Shown piece by piece: positions 56,501 through 64,000 of a stretch of DNA of 64,000 nt (its first letter is position 1; each line of letters opens with the position of its first letter). The translations under genes and the position numbers were made by a program. Below the pieces are notes generated by a model. That model saw only the letters and a list, made by a program, of their open reading frames with translations, had not been told where the DNA came from and did no database searches. This DNA comes from an uncultured Clostridia bacterium (lineage in GTDB: Bacteria > Bacillota > Clostridia > TANB77 > CAG-508). The stretch spans positions 26,419-90,418 of the forward strand of contig CAKPFO010000002.1 of assembly GCA_934153805.1 (NCBI GenBank). Reading direction: 5' to 3'.

Positions 56501-57894
56501 ATGTATTTGCTTATTCCTTCTAAACTATAAAAATTGCCTGTAGAATCTTGAATTTGGTCTACATCATAATTATAACTTGAAGTTACACTTTCTAGTGAAT
56601 TCGTATAATCCTCACTAAAAATCAAACTTTCTATTTCGTCTTCTAAATTTACAATTCCTCTCCAAATTACCCTATATCCATTACTTGTATTCACATTTCT
56701 ATCATACATTAAGCGCAAATTAGCTTTAGAAAGTAAATCCACATCAGCTTCATATATAATCTCTTTTCCTTGTGGATTCTTTAAATTTACATTTACTACT
56801 TGTGTTCCTATAGGTGAGTTTACAGGATTTACATATTCACTATTTGGATTATTATATCCTTCTAAATAACCACTTACTTTTATATTCATGCTTATAGTTG
56901 TAGCACTTATACTGCTATATGCTTCATACGGATATTCTAACATTACTTTTATTTTATATCTCTCATCATATACACTTAATTCCGCTTTTTCTTCGTTGTA
57001 TATAATTTCATCTCTTATCTCTAATCTCCTTGTAGAAGAATTATAGCTGTAAGTCAAGTTTTTCTTTGTATTACTTACATCTATAACATTTACATTTGTT
57101 GGAGCATATCCATTTAATAATGGCATTACACCATCTAAAATAGCAGCTTTGTCTGGCAGTTGTAAATCATTTGCATTAGGACTTTGTGCATACATTTCTG
57201 TTTGAAATGCAATTATTACTTTGTCATTTTCTTTATCTGCAATATATGTTTTTAATTTTGATTCCATTCTTTCTAAATTTTTATTTCCATACCAATCCAA
57301 ATTGAATTTTACGGTCTTGTTTATTTCTGTTTTTGTTCCATCTTCTGCAACATGTGTTCCTGTAAATTTAATTACATTTTCTTTAGATAAATTTCCTTTG
57401 TTAGCGGTAAAATTTCCCATATTAATTACATTTTGCTCTATTAAAACAGGGATTGTTTTATATGTTCCATTTGATATTTCTTTTAAAGTAATCGTTCTAT
57501 TACTTACATATGATATCTCATTGTCAGCATTTATTGTTCTTGCTATTCCATAGTTTCCTGACTCTAAAGTAATTCTTCCATTCTCTAAGTAGCCATTTGT
57601 CAATACATTTAATTCTATATAAAGTTCTTCTGTATCATTTAATTCTTTAGCAGTGCCTCTTACTTTCTTTGCATTTTCTCCTTCATTTTTTAGAAAGTAA
57701 GCATCAAATTTAACATATTCACTTTCTGTAGAGTTTTCTCCTTCTACAACTTCTGAATATGTCATTTTAGAACTATTATTTTTTTGTTTTTCCGTATTGT
57801 TCTTTATATCTATACAAATAGTGCTAACCATTAATGTTAACATTAAAAATATAAATGCTATTATTTTAATTCTTTTTAGGTTATCCCTACTCAT
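53518..57894 (-). CDS. N-terminal 1458 codons of the same split giant surface protein: signal peptide, large unknown N-terminal region, six SpaA/Cna-B-like repeats
   Basis: RBS AAGGAG. Signal MSRDNLKRIKIIAFIFLMLTLMVSTICI. Repeats such as IEGTKFEIQGEGVVASKVYETDSEGVTKIDGLLLDTEYTLNEIYTPNGYVL. The ORF ends inside such a repeat after an out-of-character tail, STRKNSNNKFV*. Confidence 0.8.
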   Translation of the reverse strand: MSRDNLKRIKIIAFIFLMLTLMVSTICIDIKNNTEKQKNNSSKMTYSEVVEGENSTESEYVKFDAYFLKNEGENAKKVRGTAKELNDTEELYIELNVLTNGYLENGRITLESGNYGIARTINADNEISYVSNRTITLKEISNGTYKTIPVLIEQNVINMGNFTANKGNLSKENVIKFTGTHVAEDGTKTEINKTVKFNLDWYGNKNLERMESKLKTYIADKENDKVIIAFQTEMYAQSPNANDLQLPDKAAILDGVMPLLNGYAPTNVNVIDVSNTKKNLTYSYNSSTRRLEIRDEIIYNEEKAELSVYDERYKIKVMLEYPYEAYSSISATTISMNIKVSGYLEGYNNPNSEYVNPVNSPIGTQVVNVNLKNPQGKEIIYEADVDLLSKANLRLMYDRNVNTSNGYRVIWRGIVNLEDEIESLIFSEDYTNSLESVTSSYNYDVDQIQDSTGNFYSLEGISKYIGVKVPYSTFSTLGEDGYIKIIDEESQNIIKTITKDDVDKYISYDKSYSHIRIQTSNPTTAGNVEIYNYKNIDNDKFVKMYTKEQFNSMDKVYTSLNGKVIKNGIEKQINGDVKSVDYEEGNTIMRANSAMQLNKQTTNNTLLTIDLISSGVDSDRNITQWVNPTIIVEYPEEIENIVIEKITSTDGEIEVKEAKIETINNKKVLKIITEGTTIDGSNLNIKHNITMKSNTTESTGELRIFAYNQLCDNWQYVYNNTKEAPDIYDINSNGDTTETRKITTVRLVYSKPTGLYTNTELTNYDSENSIVRGPDVASIDYNDLTSNATVKLNVFNNYSTPVTGMKILGKIPFEGNSYQINGKNLGSNFTTTMSNEGIQLPSSIKANGTIYYSEQEIVSNDLTDASNEWTTSPKDYSKIRTYLIDLSKITMASGESYEISYDVNLPSNLTPGNVTYATHAVYFEENTASGIVNNSTETNKVGIKVVSKKRYNVELTKYRAETTEPIEDVMFEISGLGMENKQTYMTDANGKLTIQDLYLETEYTIKEIKTNADYKLNETPITFKVIYQGGKMVPQVISGSFKDMPTMENETTNLGTMKAVLENEPKYQLNIVKTVKRENTKIEGTKFEIQGEGVVASKVYETDSEGVTKIDGLLLDTEYTLNEIYTPNGYVLNTTPIVFKVERIGGKLQAKVVSGEAKQITIEENLPETPILTLNIENEKKYDLKIVKNKIGTDYKVEGTTFNVKGEGLPNTGSILTTSSDGSAILQGLIPEKIYTIHEVEVPEDYELNEDTIQIRAYYDDSNILQVEKVAGSPKNIEVENSNTVRVTVENEVKYSIQITKKKKDSEDKISGVKFEVKGKDKENTVVETDDNGVATIDKLHLGETYTIKEIYAKGYYVDESERTITLKRESDVLVLENTGNYKTIPAIDETGIFPVVKFELENEEIPKYTLELTKFEEDTTDVLQGANFTIEGNGRDLKEEINYTTSSTRKNSNNKFV

Positions 57895-58136
57895 GTTATT
57901 ACTCCTTATTTATATAATATATTAATTATACTTTAATATATATATAATTCTTTGTAAATAGCCCATTTAGTGGCATTTGTTGGCATTTTTCATAACATGT
58001 TACGGAAAGACATTCTGCACATTTTTTTCTTTTTATTTACTTTTTCATTACTTTTTTGTAACAAACTTGCTGTTTTTTCTATTTTCATTTAGGGAATTCT
58101 AAGTTTGCAATTTTCACTAATTTTTGAATACTTTTC

Positions 58137-58547
58137 CTATTCTCGGTTTTTCATAGATAATTCAACAAGATTTTTAGATAGTGCTAATACATCATCTTCA
58201 ATTTTATATATTTGATTATTTTCAATAACAATATTCTTTATTTCTGGGAGTTCATTATTATTTATTACTCTTTTTATCTCATTTTTTATATAATGAAGTT
58301 GTGTACAATGTGGAGATTTATTTACTGATGCAAATGTCAATTTAGTTACATTTTTAGTAGATAAAATTCCACAAATTTTAGTAATTGCCATATTTATATG
58401 TTCTTTTTCTAAGCATAAATATACAATCGTATCAAAATTATTTTTTATCTTTTCATAACCTTCTGGTTGCATACTTGGAAGGCAAGTTCCACAAATTAGT
58501 ACATTTCCTTTTACATCATAAATATTTTTCTCCATTAAATTATTCAT
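58137..58547 (-). CDS. Hypothetical Cys-containing cytoplasmic protein (136 aa)
   Basis: RBS AAGGGGA. CGTC..., C45, C59 and C91 are scattered. No family recognised. Confidence 0.5.
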   Translation of the reverse strand: MNNLMEKNIYDVKGNVLICGTCLPSMQPEGYEKIKNNFDTIVYLCLEKEHINMAITKICGILSTKNVTKLTFASVNKSPHCTQLHYIKNEIKRVINNNELPEIKNIVIENNQIYKIEDDVLALSKNLVELSMKNRE

Positions 58548-58833
58548 TCTATATTCCCCTTACATTTTTTCTATTTTACTTGTTATTTTTAATTATAGTA
58601 TAATTTTATATATAATACAATATATGTTTTAGTTTAATTTTTTAACTGTAGGTTTGTCAAACATATGCTCTTGAAGCTATTGAAACCATTTTATTAACAT
58701 CAATAAAATGGTCCAATATAATTGTTTGCAAAAGTCAATCCTTTTATTTATTTTTCATACAATATAAAACTTGTTATACTTATTTTTGTAGTGTCTTTAC
58801 TAACATATGCATATAATATTGTTTTCATATATA

Positions 58834-58876
58834 GAAAAAAATAGACGTCGTACTTTTTGACAACGTCTATTTTTTT
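58834..58876. terminator. Rho-independent terminator abutting the stop codon of the 460-aa LPQTG gene
   Basis: AAAAAAA-ATAGACGTCG ... CAACGTCTAT-TTTTTT (9 of 10 bp stem). Confidence 0.7.
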
Positions 58877-60259
58877 CTATATATCTTTTAGTTTATTATA
58901 TTTTATATAAGCCCCTGCAGTACCACCTATTAATGATACTATCGTAGCAATTAAGCCAATTCCTACACCTGTTTGTGGCAATTTGCCAGTAGCAGTTGTA
59001 TTATCTCTTGTTTTATCTGTAGAACTAATACTTCCACTACCATTATTTGTATTTCCAGTATTTGTATTTTCAGTATTTGGCTTATTATTTCCCGAATTGT
59101 TTGTATTGTCTTTATTATCAGTATTATTATTTGTAGTTCCTTCTACATTCGCTTTTATTGTGTTTCCTTTAATTACAGGACAAGATAATTTCGCATCATT
59201 TCCAGAAACATCTTTTATTGTGCCTCCACTATAACTAACTGTTGCTAATTGTCCCTTATCACCTTCTTGAATATTGTATGAATATTCTATATAATTGTCT
59301 TTTATAGTCCCATTTGTTACACTTCTTTCCACACTATCTCCAAATTTTATTTTTAAAGTTGGTACAGAAGTTCCAGTAATAATTTCATCAAAGCGAACTC
59401 TAATTTTTACAGTTTGGCTTGTTTTATATGTACCTGATGCAGGGCTTGTAACTTCTATTGATTTTACCTCTGGTCCTTGAGCATCAGCATAAAACAAGTT
59501 ATACCCGATAACAGTTTTACTATCACTATCGCTAGCCTTTATCCATATATAATATAGTCCTTGTTCTGTAGGCTTTGGATTAATATACTGTCCAGAAAAA
59601 CCATAATTTCCTTCAATCGCTTTCCAACCAGTTGTAGGCGCGTTAGATAAAGTTGCTAATGAAGATATTGTACTAAAATCAAGATTGTTTGCTACAGCAT
59701 TTTGATAAGCACTTATTATATTTTCATTAGTAATTTTCTCAAATTTATAATAATACTGCTGTATTCCATAAATTTCTCTTGGCATAATTGAAAACGACCT
59801 AAAAGTTGTTGTTGTTTTATCTTCTGTTAAATAAAAAGCTTTTAATACTGGTAATTTTAAATCAACTTTTAATCCTTCAACTAAGTATGTATTGTTATTA
59901 TCTTTAATAAATATCCAAGCATTATCATTTGTTTTTAATAATTGTTTTATAGTAGATTCTCCTACATTAAAGTTTATTACTGCAGTCTTTTTACTTGCAT
60001 CAAATGTTGATAATGTATACCATTTTGAAACATCATTAACAGATGTCGTTTTACTAGCACCCCAGCTATATTGATGGTCTTCTGTTACATTTATATTAGT
60101 TAATTTAAAATCTATTGAACCATCTGTGTTTTCTATTATCTTTGTTGCTACAACTCCATCCTTAGTTGTAAATGTATCAACTGCACTAACTATTGTAGGT
60201 AATATTAATAAAACAATACCTACTAATAATAACATAAATAAAACTTTTAATTTTGTCAC
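58877..60259 (-). CDS. LPQTG-anchored surface protein with Ig-like domain and Asn/Thr-rich stalk
   Basis: GTG start 8 nt after AGGAGG. Signal MTKLKVLFMLLLVGIVLLILPTIVSA. An Ig-like repeat of the ...PTLKIKFGD...YSGGTIKDVSGNDA type. NNNTDNKDNTNNSGNNKPNTENTNTGNTNNGSGS stalk. LPQTG (58967-58981) plus a hydrophobic segment plus KYNKLKDI. Confidence 0.8.
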   Translation of the reverse strand: MTKLKVLFMLLLVGIVLLILPTIVSAVDTFTTKDGVVATKIIENTDGSIDFKLTNINVTEDHQYSWGASKTTSVNDVSKWYTLSTFDASKKTAVINFNVGESTIKQLLKTNDNAWIFIKDNNNTYLVEGLKVDLKLPVLKAFYLTEDKTTTTFRSFSIMPREIYGIQQYYYKFEKITNENIISAYQNAVANNLDFSTISSLATLSNAPTTGWKAIEGNYGFSGQYINPKPTEQGLYYIWIKASDSDSKTVIGYNLFYADAQGPEVKSIEVTSPASGTYKTSQTVKIRVRFDEIITGTSVPTLKIKFGDSVERSVTNGTIKDNYIEYSYNIQEGDKGQLATVSYSGGTIKDVSGNDAKLSCPVIKGNTIKANVEGTTNNNTDNKDNTNNSGNNKPNTENTNTGNTNNGSGSISSTDKTRDNTTATGKLPQTGVGIGLIATIVSLIGGTAGAYIKYNKLKDI

Positions 60260-60312
60260 TTTTTTATCCTCCTATTATCTTTTGAACATTAAATACATTA
60301 ATATAAATTAAT

Positions 60313-60765
60313 TTACATCTTCATTTGAAAATCATTATTATTCTTATATATCATAGCATATGCCACTAGGCATATTACTCCAATCCATAATAAATAAAAA
60401 CCTAAACTATATGCTGAAAATTTTACTTTGAGTTTTAAAGTCAAATATAATGCAAAAGCTGCAGCAGCTACGGTTGGAGCAAGAGATGCTTTTGGACTAT
60501 TTATTTCTTTAATCTTTTTGCCTATATCAGTATTAAATAATGAAGGAATATATTTTTCAACAAAATCTTTGAATATAAATAACAAATTAGCAATTGCTAT
60601 TACTAATATTATTTTTCCTTCCCAATAATCCCATAACGATATATCATAAGAGTAGCCTAATATAGAATAGCTTACATAAGGAAACATTGTTCCTAAAATC
60701 AATCCAGCAATTCCTATTCCAGCTAATAATCTTGTATTTTTCAATTTGCTTAAAACATTATTCAT
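60313..60765 (-). CDS. Small integral membrane protein (four predicted TM segments), unknown function
   Basis: RBS AAGGGGGG. Hydrophobic stretches LLAGIGIAGLILGTMFPYV, IILVIAIANLLFIF, APTVAAAAFALYLTL, LLWIGVICLVAYAMI. Confidence 0.6.
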   Translation of the reverse strand: MNNVLSKLKNTRLLAGIGIAGLILGTMFPYVSYSILGYSYDISLWDYWEGKIILVIAIANLLFIFKDFVEKYIPSLFNTDIGKKIKEINSPKASLAPTVAAAAFALYLTLKLKVKFSAYSLGFYLLWIGVICLVAYAMIYKNNNDFQMKM

Positions 60766-60803
60766 TGTTATCCCCCCTTTTTTATAAAATTTAATATTAA
60801 AGA

Positions 60804-62237
60804 CTATTTAAAATTATTAAATGAATTCATTAGTGTTTCACTTATGCTTTGTCCACTAACATTAGTGTTATTAGCACCTTCTATTCTTGAATTTGAAATT
60901 CCTTTTTCATGTTTAATTAAGTTATCAATTTTTCTTAAATTAAGAATTCTTTTCTTTGTTTCTGTTTCATAATGATGCCTTGCATTTGAATTTCTATATC
61001 TTAAATACATTGCAAAGAAATATATAAATCCTGATAATAGGAATATCCACTCGTATTTAAAATCCATCAGTAAAGTAGCAAACCAGCCTAATAATTCTAC
61101 CACACAAGAAACTGCAAATAATTTTGGCATATGTATCGGAACACTTCCCATTGTTTCTTTTGTTCTCGCGTTAACAGCCACATAATGTATTACACTATCA
61201 TTTTCACCTTTTTTTTGCTGGTAACTATATAGCCACACTGGCAAATAAGCTGTTTTCCACTGTTTGCCCTTTACGTCTAATTGTTCTACTTGCCAATTAA
61301 CACCACGATCATATTCTTTTAATGTTTCATTTGCAGCAAATCTTGCTATATCTTTGCTTTGTACATCAACTAATGGTCTTAATTCATCAACATTAGTATC
61401 TCGTTTTTCTGATGTATAGCCCTTCAAGTAATTTGCATTGTATTTAACACTATTTTCAATATCAAATGGCATAATAGCATTTATAACATTGTTAGTCTTA
61501 TTAGATTGTTTTTTTAATTTATCTAAGCTTGACTCAACTGTTAATCCTTCTATTGTCAAATCAAATTCACGTTCAATCTCATATAAATCAGCATCATAAT
61601 ATGTTTTTCTATTTTCCCCATTTCCACGAGTGTATCGTCTAACCTCATGCTCCCCATGTCCTGAAAAATGAGCATGTGAATTAACATCAACTACCATATA
61701 AGGGAAATAAACTCCCATAATATTATTTGTTGTAAATTCTTCTCTAAATTTTGGATGAGCAAAAAATTTTCTTTTACCAACAAAGTTTTCGATTTGTTCT
61801 TTTGCTTCTGCTTTTGTTAAATTAAAAGGCAAAACCACATCTGGAATAGCACCATTTGGAATTTGTTGATTAACAGATAAAGTGTTTCTACACCAGTGGC
61901 ATCTTGCTTGTGTACTTTCTGATGTATCAATAACTACCTCTGCACCACAACTACTACATTTAAAAGTCATTATGTTTTGAGTATCTTGCACAATATCTTG
62001 TGTACCAGACCCCATTATTTCACCTTCAAGTTTAGTTATATCTGTTTCCATTCCTTGTATCTTTTCAGGCTCAAATTCATGCCTACAAAAGTTACATCTT
62101 AGCTTACCAGTCTTGGCATTTACAGATATATCTGTCGCTCCACATTGAGGACATTTATTTTGTCCATCTTTTGAATCTGCATCAGTTTTTATAATCTTTG
62201 GCTCATCATTATTTTTTAATAATTGATTAACTGACAC
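60804..62237 (-). CDS. Double zinc-ribbon protein with C-terminal TM hairpin (YdjG-like partner of SPFH/COG4260 proteins)
   Basis: CPQCGA...CNFC and CSSCGA...CHWC ribbons. IPDVVLPFNLTKAEAKEQIENFVGKRKFFAHPKF block. C-terminal TM pair. The GTG start sits 3 nt after the upstream stop, with RBS GGGGGTG overlapping it (translational coupling). Confidence 0.7.
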   Translation of the reverse strand: MSVNQLLKNNDEPKIIKTDADSKDGQNKCPQCGATDISVNAKTGKLRCNFCRHEFEPEKIQGMETDITKLEGEIMGSGTQDIVQDTQNIMTFKCSSCGAEVVIDTSESTQARCHWCRNTLSVNQQIPNGAIPDVVLPFNLTKAEAKEQIENFVGKRKFFAHPKFREEFTTNNIMGVYFPYMVVDVNSHAHFSGHGEHEVRRYTRGNGENRKTYYDADLYEIEREFDLTIEGLTVESSLDKLKKQSNKTNNVINAIMPFDIENSVKYNANYLKGYTSEKRDTNVDELRPLVDVQSKDIARFAANETLKEYDRGVNWQVEQLDVKGKQWKTAYLPVWLYSYQQKKGENDSVIHYVAVNARTKETMGSVPIHMPKLFAVSCVVELLGWFATLLMDFKYEWIFLLSGFIYFFAMYLRYRNSNARHHYETETKKRILNLRKIDNLIKHEKGISNSRIEGANNTNVSGQSISETLMNSFNNFK

Positions 62238-62240
62238 TTT

Positions 62241-63386
62241 TTACACCCCCAAAAGTCTTTTCTTTTGTTCATCATAATCTTCTTGTGTAATAAGTCCTTC
62301 ATCAAGCATTTCTTTATATTTTTTCAATTTTTCCATTGGGTCTTCTTGTGATTGTTGCACTGGTTGTTGTAAACCGCTCATTGCTCCACCAACAGCATTC
62401 ATTCCCATACCCATAAATGCCATATTAGCAGCTCCACCGTTTTCACCAGCAGCTTGAAATCCACGAGCTACAGATTGTTGCATAAATGAATTTCCTCTTG
62501 CTCCTGACAAAGCATCTGCTTTTTTTACATCACTTAATAATCTTCTTGTATCTTCATCATATTCAATAGCTTGTATTGCAACTTTAACAATTTCAATACC
62601 TCTATCAGTTTTCCATTGATAACCTTCTTCAACAGCCTGTGATAGAGATTTTGCAAATCCTATTTGGTCTCCTTGTATTCTTGTTATACGATTTCCTTTA
62701 TCAGGGTCATTTGTATAATTTGAAAATGCAGCAGATAGACTACTTACAACTTCATTGAATAATTGTGCTCCTGCATCGTTATCCATATCAGCAAAATCAA
62801 ATATTTTCCCATCTGATAGATATGTTGCTGGCACAAAATTCTTAATAAATAATATTGGATCTGTTATTCTTAATGTATATGTACCTCTTGTTATCGCACC
62901 TACCTGTGCGTTTAAGTACGCATCATCCCAATATATTTCAGCTTGTGTCCCAAATCTATTATTTGGTATTTCTTTTAAATTTACATAGAATGCTGTCTGT
63001 TGAGAGCCTGGTTGTCCACCATATTTGAATCTTTCCCAACTTTGAGTAATTAAAGATGATACAATTCCATCTCCTGAAAAAATTGATTTTGCATTTGGAT
63101 CATCTGATGAAAAAACGAATCCTCCTGGTTCTGTAATGCATCCGGTGATTGCACCTTCTTGCATTGTAATAAGAGCCATCCCTTCTGGTACAACTATTTT
63201 ACTTCCATTTGAAATAATATTGTTTGAACCTTTTGTATTTGACCCTCTACCTGCATTTGTACCTTGTGGCACTGCTGGATAAATACCTGCTGTTGCTGGA
63301 ACTCCTGACATAGGAACTATAAAGTCTTTCCATTGGTCTGCAAGTGTTCCTCCGATTGCTCCTGCAAATGCTTTAATAAAGCCCAT
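62241..63386 (-). CDS. SPFH-superfamily protein of the COG4260 / B. subtilis YdjI type with a C-terminal SHOCT domain
   Basis: MGFIKAFAGAIGGTLADQWKDF...SNTKGSNNIISNGSKIVVPEGMALITMQEG... matches the N-terminus I recall for YdjI-type (so-called virion core protein-like) proteins. The C-terminal MEKLKKYKEMLDEGLITQEDYDEQKKRLLG is a SHOCT motif. Confidence 0.75.
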   Translation of the reverse strand: MGFIKAFAGAIGGTLADQWKDFIVPMSGVPATAGIYPAVPQGTNAGRGSNTKGSNNIISNGSKIVVPEGMALITMQEGAITGCITEPGGFVFSSDDPNAKSIFSGDGIVSSLITQSWERFKYGGQPGSQQTAFYVNLKEIPNNRFGTQAEIYWDDAYLNAQVGAITRGTYTLRITDPILFIKNFVPATYLSDGKIFDFADMDNDAGAQLFNEVVSSLSAAFSNYTNDPDKGNRITRIQGDQIGFAKSLSQAVEEGYQWKTDRGIEIVKVAIQAIEYDEDTRRLLSDVKKADALSGARGNSFMQQSVARGFQAAGENGGAANMAFMGMGMNAVGGAMSGLQQPVQQSQEDPMEKLKKYKEMLDEGLITQEDYDEQKKRLLGV

Positions 63387-63578
63387 AATTTTTCCTCCTT
63401 CTATAATAACTCTAGATTTTTTTATAGTTATTTACCATATTTATACCAAACTTGTCGAAAAAAGTAAATACTTTTTTCACAATATTGTGTGAAAAAATAT
63501 ATTTTATTACCAATATTTTGTGTTGAGATAAATTATTAAAAATTGGATAATATATGTATATATACGGGAGGAAAACAA

Positions 63579-63920
63579 ATGGAAATTGATAATAGAAAAG
63601 AAGAAATTGCACAATATATTGGGAAAAATATTTTGAGTTTAAGAAAATCTAAAAAATTATCTAGAGAACAATTTGCAGAGAAAACAAACTTATCAGCCAA
63701 CTATATATATGAAGTTGAAAAAGGTAATAGTATTCCTGGATGTATTGCTTTAATAGATATATGTAACTTTTGTGAAATTGCACCTTCAAATCTATTGGAT
63801 AAATATTTAGATACAAATATATACACTGCAGCGGAATTAATAAATACAAATTTTCAAAGATTGTCAAACTATGATAAAAAGCTAATTATAGATATGATTA
63901 ATTTATTAGCAAATAGATAG
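63579..63920 (+). CDS. XRE-family helix-turn-helix transcriptional regulator
   Basis: ATG 63579 lies 8 nt after GGGAGG (the track start 63543 has no RBS). IGKNILSLRKSKKLSREQFAEKTNLSANYIYEVEKGNSIPGCIALIDICNFCEIAPSNLL is a classic HTH_XRE fold. Divergent from the SPFH operon. Confidence 0.75.
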   Translation: MEIDNRKEEIAQYIGKNILSLRKSKKLSREQFAEKTNLSANYIYEVEKGNSIPGCIALIDICNFCEIAPSNLLDKYLDTNIYTAAELINTNFQRLSNYDKKLIIDMINLLANR

Positions 63921-64000
63921 AGATAAACAAAAATGTATAAGCATATGTTTATCTTTTTTATTTACAACTCTTTAAACTACAAATTAAAATTTTGGTAAAT

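Noticed and set aside
63412-63612. 66-aa minus-strand ORF, and the 68-aa ORF at 63661-63867 (-)
   Set aside because: They overlap the divergent promoter region and the XRE gene, and are aromatic/Ile-rich nonsense without an RBS.

Overview
Very AT-rich chromosomal segment that looks like a spore-forming Clostridia-type Firmicute (CotF-like spore coat genes, LPXTG sorting signals, strong AGGAGG-type RBSs). By summed gene lengths, roughly 38-40 kb of the 64 kb encodes very large secreted or surface proteins, all on the minus strand. These are: (1) a VWA plus SpaA/Cna-B-repeat adhesin running off the left edge (1-6753; absent from the ORF track because it has no stop in the window); (2) a 1452-aa papain-like (C1) cysteine peptidase fused to LRR arrays and a C-terminal dockerin; (3) a 4998-aa repeat adhesin that also ends in a dockerin; (4) a ~3870-aa adhesin (SpaA-like repeats, GLUG repeats, MucBP repeats) split into 1458- and 2420-codon ORFs by an apparent frameshift; (5) two small LPQTG-anchored proteins. 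One of these (12219-13124) carries a cohesin-like module and lies exactly between the two dockerin-bearing giants. I read this as a non-cellulosomal cohesin-dockerin surface-display system, and it is the most interesting candidate in the window. Ordinary genes lie between the adhesin blocks: pcrA, a ZIP metal transporter, an ABC-F ATPase, corA, a DUF308/HdeD-like protein, an M18 aminopeptidase, a VanW/G5 protein, an SPFH(YdjI-like)/zinc-ribbon membrane module and XRE regulators. Several odd accessory items also occur there. One is a soluble Clp_N + ClpC-D1 AAA+ domain fused to an FtsH-type M41 peptidase. Another is a three-gene operon of unknowns, including a HEXXH protein, bracketed by GC-rich palindromic repeats in inverted orientation. 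A third is a pilin-like/XRE two-gene block bracketed by ~43-bp direct repeats. A fourth is a 4-unit array phased at exactly 32 bp. No rRNA, tRNA, CRISPR array, transposase or integrase was recognised. All domain calls come from reading motifs by eye; no searches were run.
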